Source: Hormiphora californensis
Taxonomy: Eukaryota > Animalia > Ctenophora
NCBI GenBank assembly: GCA_020137815.1
Contig: CM035357.1
Span: forward strand, 6,076,001-6,140,000
Reading direction: 5' to 3'
Length of the DNA: 64,000 bases
The notes under the pieces are model-generated. The model made no database searches, was not told the DNA's origin, and saw only the letters and a list, made by a program, of their open reading frames with translations. Of this stretch, positions 58,901 through 64,000 are shown piece by piece (within the stretch, counting starts at the first letter, position 1; each line of letters starts with the position of its first letter). The position numbers were made by a program, and so were the translations under genes.

Positions 58901-61900
58901 CTGATCCCATCCTAACACCTGCCCTTCTCTCTCTGCTGTCCGTACCGGCTACCGGGAATACTGTCCATGTCAGGGAACAACGGTTGACACAGCTTATCAC
59001 CGGACTAATGGTAAAGTTCTCTCTCTCTCTTAGTTATTATATAGTTCTCTCCTTTACAGTTTTATCTTCTAGTTCATTTTATTAATTATTCCCTAGTTAT
59101 TCGCTAGTTCTCTCTCCTAGTTCTCCCTACTATGTAGTTGATGCATGGTAACTGTTACAGACCAACTGTTGTTCAGTATCTAACACCCCCTCCCCCCTCT
59201 ATCCAGGTGTTTGGTGTGGGTCTAGTCCCTGAGTCCATCATTCACTCCTTCATACCCCTGGGTGTTTGTATTGCAGTGGTACTATTCTGGTCTTTCATTA
59301 CTTTTACCAGAATTCAACTTGCTGAGAGGTTGGTTATTGAAATCATTCTAACCCCCCCCCTGACCCCTCTTTAGTTTTGAGTCGCCTGACACTGTCTGAA
59401 AAGTATATATGACCAATTCAATCTCCTCCCTCTGTTAGGTGTCAGTTATTGTTTCACTCGGAGAAGTATCACCCAGAGAGAGGGTACATAGAGAACACTC
59501 CCCAGAACATTATCAACTCCTACTAGGCCAGTCATATGATGTCGAAAGTAGATCAAAAATCGGCGTTCAAGTTGTAAATCTAATTCCACTTCTATGGCAC
59601 TCTAATAGGTCCCTAGAACCACCAAAAAAATTCACCGCACTCTACGCGTTGGAGAACTTGACTTAATTGGGCCTAATTGGTTACAGGGTACTTTCAGCCT
59701 GAAGCCAACACCGTAAGTGCCCTTAGAGTAGGAGTAGAGAAAAAACAAGGGCACTAAAGTGATCAGCGCCCTCACATTAGTGGTGGTAGGTGCTGGAATT
59801 AAGTCTCTATCTCATCCTGTTAATTAGATAATTGGATAATTAGATGCGCACATAGCCGTTTTATGGTTATACGGTAAAAACCATCTTAGGAAACGAGTAG
59901 AGAAAAAACCAAGGGCACTAAAGTATTCAGCGACCTTACATTAGTGGGGGTAGGTGCTGGAATTAAGTCTCTATCTCATCTGGATAATTCGATAATTGGT
60001 TAATTAGATGCGCACATAGCCGTTTTTGGCCATATGGCTATATCCACTTAGGAGAGGCGTAGAGACTTTTTACAGGCGCCATTTTGTAGGCAATGGCCAA
60101 GTTATGGGGGGTCTACGTCGGACTTTTAATCTCTATCTCCAACCGTTTAGCCGTTATTAGGCTTTAAAGGTGCTCAAAATCGGGCTTTTTACCGTTTTTT
60201 GCTCATTTTGAGCGCCTTTAAAGCCTAATAACGGCTAAACGGTTAGAGATAGAGCTTAAAAGTCCGACGAAGACCCCCCATAACTTGGCCATTGCCTACA
60301 AATGGCGCCTGTAAAAAGTCTCTACGCCTCTCCTAAGTGGATATAGCCATATGGCCAAAAACGGCTATGTGCGCATCTAATTAACCAATTATCTAATTAT
60401 CCAGATGAGATAAAGACTTAATTCCAGCACCTACCCCCACTAATGTGAGGTCGCTGAACACTTTAGTGCCCTTGGTTTTTTCTCTACTCGTTTCCTAAGA
60501 TGGTTTTTACCGTATAACCATAAAACGGCTATGTGCGCATCTAATTATCCAGCTATCTAATTAACGGGATGAGATAGAGACTTAATTCCAGCACCTACCC
60601 CCACTAATGTGTGGGCGCTGATCACTTTAGTGCCCTTGTTTTTTTCTCTACTCCTACTCTAAGGGCACTCACGGTGTTGGCTTCAGGCTGAAAGTACCCT
60701 GTAACCAATTAGGCCCAATTAAGTCAAGTTCTCCACCGCGTAGAGTGCGGTGAATTTTTTTGGTGGTTCTAGGGACCTATTAGAGTGCCATAGAAGTGGA
60801 ATTAGATTTACAACTTTTACGCCGAGAAAAAAACGTCATATGACCGGCCTATACACTATACTACAGGTGAGTGTAGCTCTAACAGTACTTTTTATCCATT
60901 CTACTATGCTATATAATAGACTGTAGAACTAGAATTTCTATTGAGTGTTACATTTTGAGAGATAATATAGTTGAAATGGTTGAGTGGTGACGATTTCGGC
61001 AATATTTCACCTTTTTATTCACCATAACAATAACCCTCTTTCCTGTAGCTGGTTCTGTCACTCCTGGTAGTTGGTGTAACGTGTTCTCCCTACGCTCCCC
61101 TCTCTCTTCCCTTCCTACTAATTACCATCGTCCTATTCCGAGAACATCTGATGCCCATGGTGGTGTTCGAGAACCTCCTACAGATTCTTGAGGATAATTC
61201 TAGCCCGGTAAGTGGGACACCCTGCAGATTCTTGAGGATAATTCTAGCCCGGTAAGTGGGACTCCCTGCAGATTCTTGAGGATAATTCTAGCCCGGTAAG
61301 TGGGACACCCTGCAGATTCTTGAGGATAATTCTAGCCCGGTAAGTGGGACACCCTGCAGATACTTGAGGATAATTCTAGCCCGGTAAGTGGGACCCCCTG
61401 CAGATTCTTGAGGATAATTCTAGCCCGGTAAGTGGGACCCCCTGCAGATTCTTGAGGATAATTCTAGCCCGGTAAGTGGGACCCCCTGCAGATACTTGAG
61501 GATAATTCTAGCCCGGTAAGTGGGACCCCCTGCAGATACTTGAGGATAATTCTAGCCCGGTAAGTGGGACCCCCTGCAGATACTTGAGGATAATTCTAGC
61601 CCGGTAAGTGGGACCCCCTGCAGATTCTTGAGGATAATTCTAGCCCGGTAAGTGGGACCCCCTGCAGATTCTTGAGGATAATTCTAGCCCGGTAAGTGGG
61701 ACCCCCTGCAGATTCTTGAGGATAATTCTAGCCCGGTAAGTAAGACCCCCGGTATACCGCGGGCTATTGTCCTTTAAGGAACAAGAAGAAATTTCCCTCT
61801 ACACATTATAATATAGATAACCCCGGCTAGTGCAGGGATGAAATTTGATAACCCCCGACGCAGGAGGGGGTTATCACTAGTTCTCCACGAGGGAGCGAAG

Positions 61901-63986
61901 CGACCGAGGGGAAGAACGTGTGATAATCCCCGTAGGGGATTATCAAATTTCATCACTTTACTAGCCGTGGTTATTTGTTATAAACCGACCCCCGGAATTA
62001 TGAAAGGTGTGAATGGGCACTGACAACAGAGGGAGGGAATTATCTGATATACCACAGTAGACTGCGGGAAATATCAGCAGGGGGGGTGGTTTATAAAACG
62101 CTATAACTCTTGTGATATACTGATAATAATACTGATAACTGCCTACACCTGATACCTCAGGTACCACTACCCTGTGCATCACCAACACCCTCCCTTGTGA
62201 TGCCAATACCAAATACTAACTAATATATGGCCTCAGGTACCACTACCCTGTGCATCACCAACTCCCTCCCTTGTGATGCCAATACCAAATACTAACTAAT
62301 ATGGCCTCAGGTACCCCTACCCTGTGCATCACCAACACCCTCCCTTGTGATGCCAATACCAAATACTAACTAATATGGCCTCAGGTACCCCTACCCTGTG
62401 CATCACCAACACCCTCCCTTGTGATGCCAATACCAAATACTAACTAATATGGCCTCAGGTACCCCTACCCTGTGCATCACCAACTCCCTCCCTTGTGATG
62501 CCAATACCAAATACTAACTAATATGGCCTCAGGTACCCCTACCCTGTGCATCACCAACACCCTCCCTTGTGATGCCAATACCAAATACTAATTAATATGG
62601 CCTCAGGTACCCCCTACCCTGTGCATCACCAACTCCCTCCCTTGTGATGCCAATACCAAATACTAACTAATATGGCCTCAGGTACCCCTACCCTGTGCCT
62701 CACCAACTCCCTCCCTTGTGATGCCAATACCAAATACTAACTAATATGGCCTCAGGTACCCCTACCCTGTGCCTCACCAACTCCCTCCTCCCTTGTGATG
62801 CCAATACCAAATACTAACTAATATGGCCTCAGGTACCCCTACCCTGTGCCTCACCAACTCCCTCCTCCCTTGTGATGCCAATACCAAATACTAACTAATA
62901 TGGCCTCAGGTACCACTACCCTGTGCATCACCAACACCCTCCCTTGTGATGCCAATACCAAATACTAACTAATATGGCCTCAGGTACCACTACCCTGTGC
63001 CTCACCAACTCCCTCCCTTGTGATGCCAATACCAAATACTAACTAATATGGCCTCAGGTACCCCTACCCTGTGCATCACCAACACCCTCCCTTGTGATGC
63101 CAATACCAAATACTAATTAATATGGCCTCAGGTACCCCTACCCTGTGCATCACCAACACCCTCCCTGGGGGAAGCTAAGGAATTTAGCGAGGAAATGACA
63201 AAGATATCACAGCGATACGAACCACTGCTGCTTAACAACACTCAACACAGCAGTGAACCTAGAAACACCACCTCAGAGCTGCCCTTTCCCCAGGTGATTA
63301 CATTAGAGTCTCCTTCTTCGTAGGTTCAATAAATTCTGCAATTGTTTCATCACGTTGCTAGATGTTTATAAACCACCCCCCCCCCCCCCCCCCGCCAGAT
63401 AATATTTGACAACCTGATGTTTATAACCCCCCTAGATAATATTATTTCCACTCATCCCCCCCCCCCCAGATAATATTTGACAACCTGACGGATGATGATG
63501 GTATAGCGTGTGGGAACACTGTTCAGGAGGATGAGGAGGAGCAGGCAGTGAGGTGCAGTGATCACGTTGCACCCGCACTAACCCCACCACCACCCATCAG
63601 GGAATGGGACGGGAAGGAATGCCCTGCTCTACCATTTGATACGGTATGTAAGGGACCAACTTACAAAAAAGTACCCGGGTTAGTTAACCATTTAAGTACT
63701 CAGGTATGTTTGTATCAAAATACGTGTGAGAGCCGCGCAAGGGTCAACTTACTCGTGCGAACAACCCAATCAAAATACGTGTGGTGGTGGTGCGAGGGTT
63801 AGTATACCCCAAACACATAAATACCCGAACTTTTTTGTAAGTTGCTCTGTTAAGAGAGTTGTAGCTTTTGTAGCTTTTTCAGTCCCTCTGCAGCAACCCC
63901 TATAATATGTTAACCCCCATCATCCCTAATCAGGACGAGGATGAACCGATGAGAAGAATGCCCCAATTTGATTTTGAGCCCGTGAG
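55964..63986 (+). CDS. SLC4A: SLC4 membrane domain and C-terminal tail (exons ~55964-56058, 56897-57042, 57196-57370, 57597-57832, 57985-58180, 58552-58689, 58874-59010, 59207-59328, 59439-59523+60855-60866, 61049-61207, 63132-63293, 63470-63552, 63601-63643, 63934-63986); likely disrupted in this haplotype
   Basis: WLSDW, SCQPLIL, VREQRLT, RIQLAERCQLLFHSEKYHP..YTILQ and LPFLLITIVLFREHLMP match SLC4 TM motifs. Apparent frameshift at ~56950-56975 and a TE-derived stop at 59524. Confidence 0.82.
56149..56319. mobile_element. pogo-like MITE (GTGG variant)
   Basis: CAGTCGGACCCC TIRs with TA TSD. Confidence 0.8.
56400..56690. mobile_element. Poly-G-terminated element fragments (CGA and AGA/CCA variants)
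   Basis: Two GGGG..TTCAACCTAAAAATTT starts followed by inverted AGAAATTTTT/AAAAATTTC(C/T) arrays. Confidence 0.55.
57053..57114. repeat. (AAAC)n microsatellite
   Basis: Direct reading. Confidence 0.9.
58278..58416. mobile_element. pogo-like MITE (CCGG variant)
   Basis: CAGTCGGACCCC TIRs with TA TSD. Confidence 0.8.
59524..60851. mobile_element. 1.33-kb palindromic Academ-like element inserted in an SLC4 exon
   Basis: TAGGCC...GGCCTA termini, TAC duplicated (59521-59523 and 60852-60854), arms ~660 bp. Confidence 0.85.
61181..61741 (+). repeat. 44-bp minisatellite, 13 copies, spanning an exon end and 5' splice site
   Basis: Unit CAG-ATTCTTGAGGATAATTCTAGCCCG|GTAAGTGGGAC(A/C)CCCTG; donors every 44 bp from 61208 to 61736. 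Confidence 0.95.
61821..61970. mobile_element. Small hairpin MITE
   Basis: GATGAAATTTGATAA / TTATCAAATTTCATC inverted arms. Confidence 0.55.
62155..63165 (+). repeat. 74-bp minisatellite, 14 copies, spanning branch point, 3' splice site and exon start
   Basis: Unit GTACC..CCCTGTGCATCACCAAC..CCAAATACTAACTAATATGGCCTCAG; AG|GT junctions from 62160/62161 to 63131/63132. Confidence 0.95.
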
Positions 63987-64000
63987 GTGCATGCCAAGTT

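Noticed and set aside
61181-63165. CRISPR-like arrays
   Set aside because: Units are head-to-tail near-identical with no unique spacers, no cas genes, and the context is a eukaryotic intron.

Overview
Intron-rich, transposon-rich eukaryotic (animal) genomic DNA; a ctenophore-like origin is only a tentative inference. Genes: a complete 15-exon asparaginase/60-kDa lysophospholipase gene (ASPG, + 426-11320) and a ~49-kb SLC4-family (Band 3/bicarbonate transporter) locus starting at 15344 and running off the window end. Three genes are nested inside the SLC4 locus: a secreted VWC/pacifastin-like Cys-repeat protein (-), a sushi-domain protein (-) and a class A GPCR (+). Main anomaly: SLC4 exons switch strand. 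Exons 1-6 are on + (15344-20829), the next five cytoplasmic-domain exons are on - (53893 down to 45420) with matching splice phases, and the membrane-domain exons are back on + (about 55964 onward). An inverted duplicate of the exon-7 acceptor lies at ~23.1 kb. One SLC4 intron has its donor repeated 13 times and its branch point plus acceptor repeated 14 times. A 1.33-kb palindromic transposon sits inside a coding exon. The rest is foldback/MITE DNA elements, LINE remnants (one with intact ORF1 but no RT), a Penelope element with a hammerhead ribozyme, and microsatellites. Exon models were read by eye and need RNA support.
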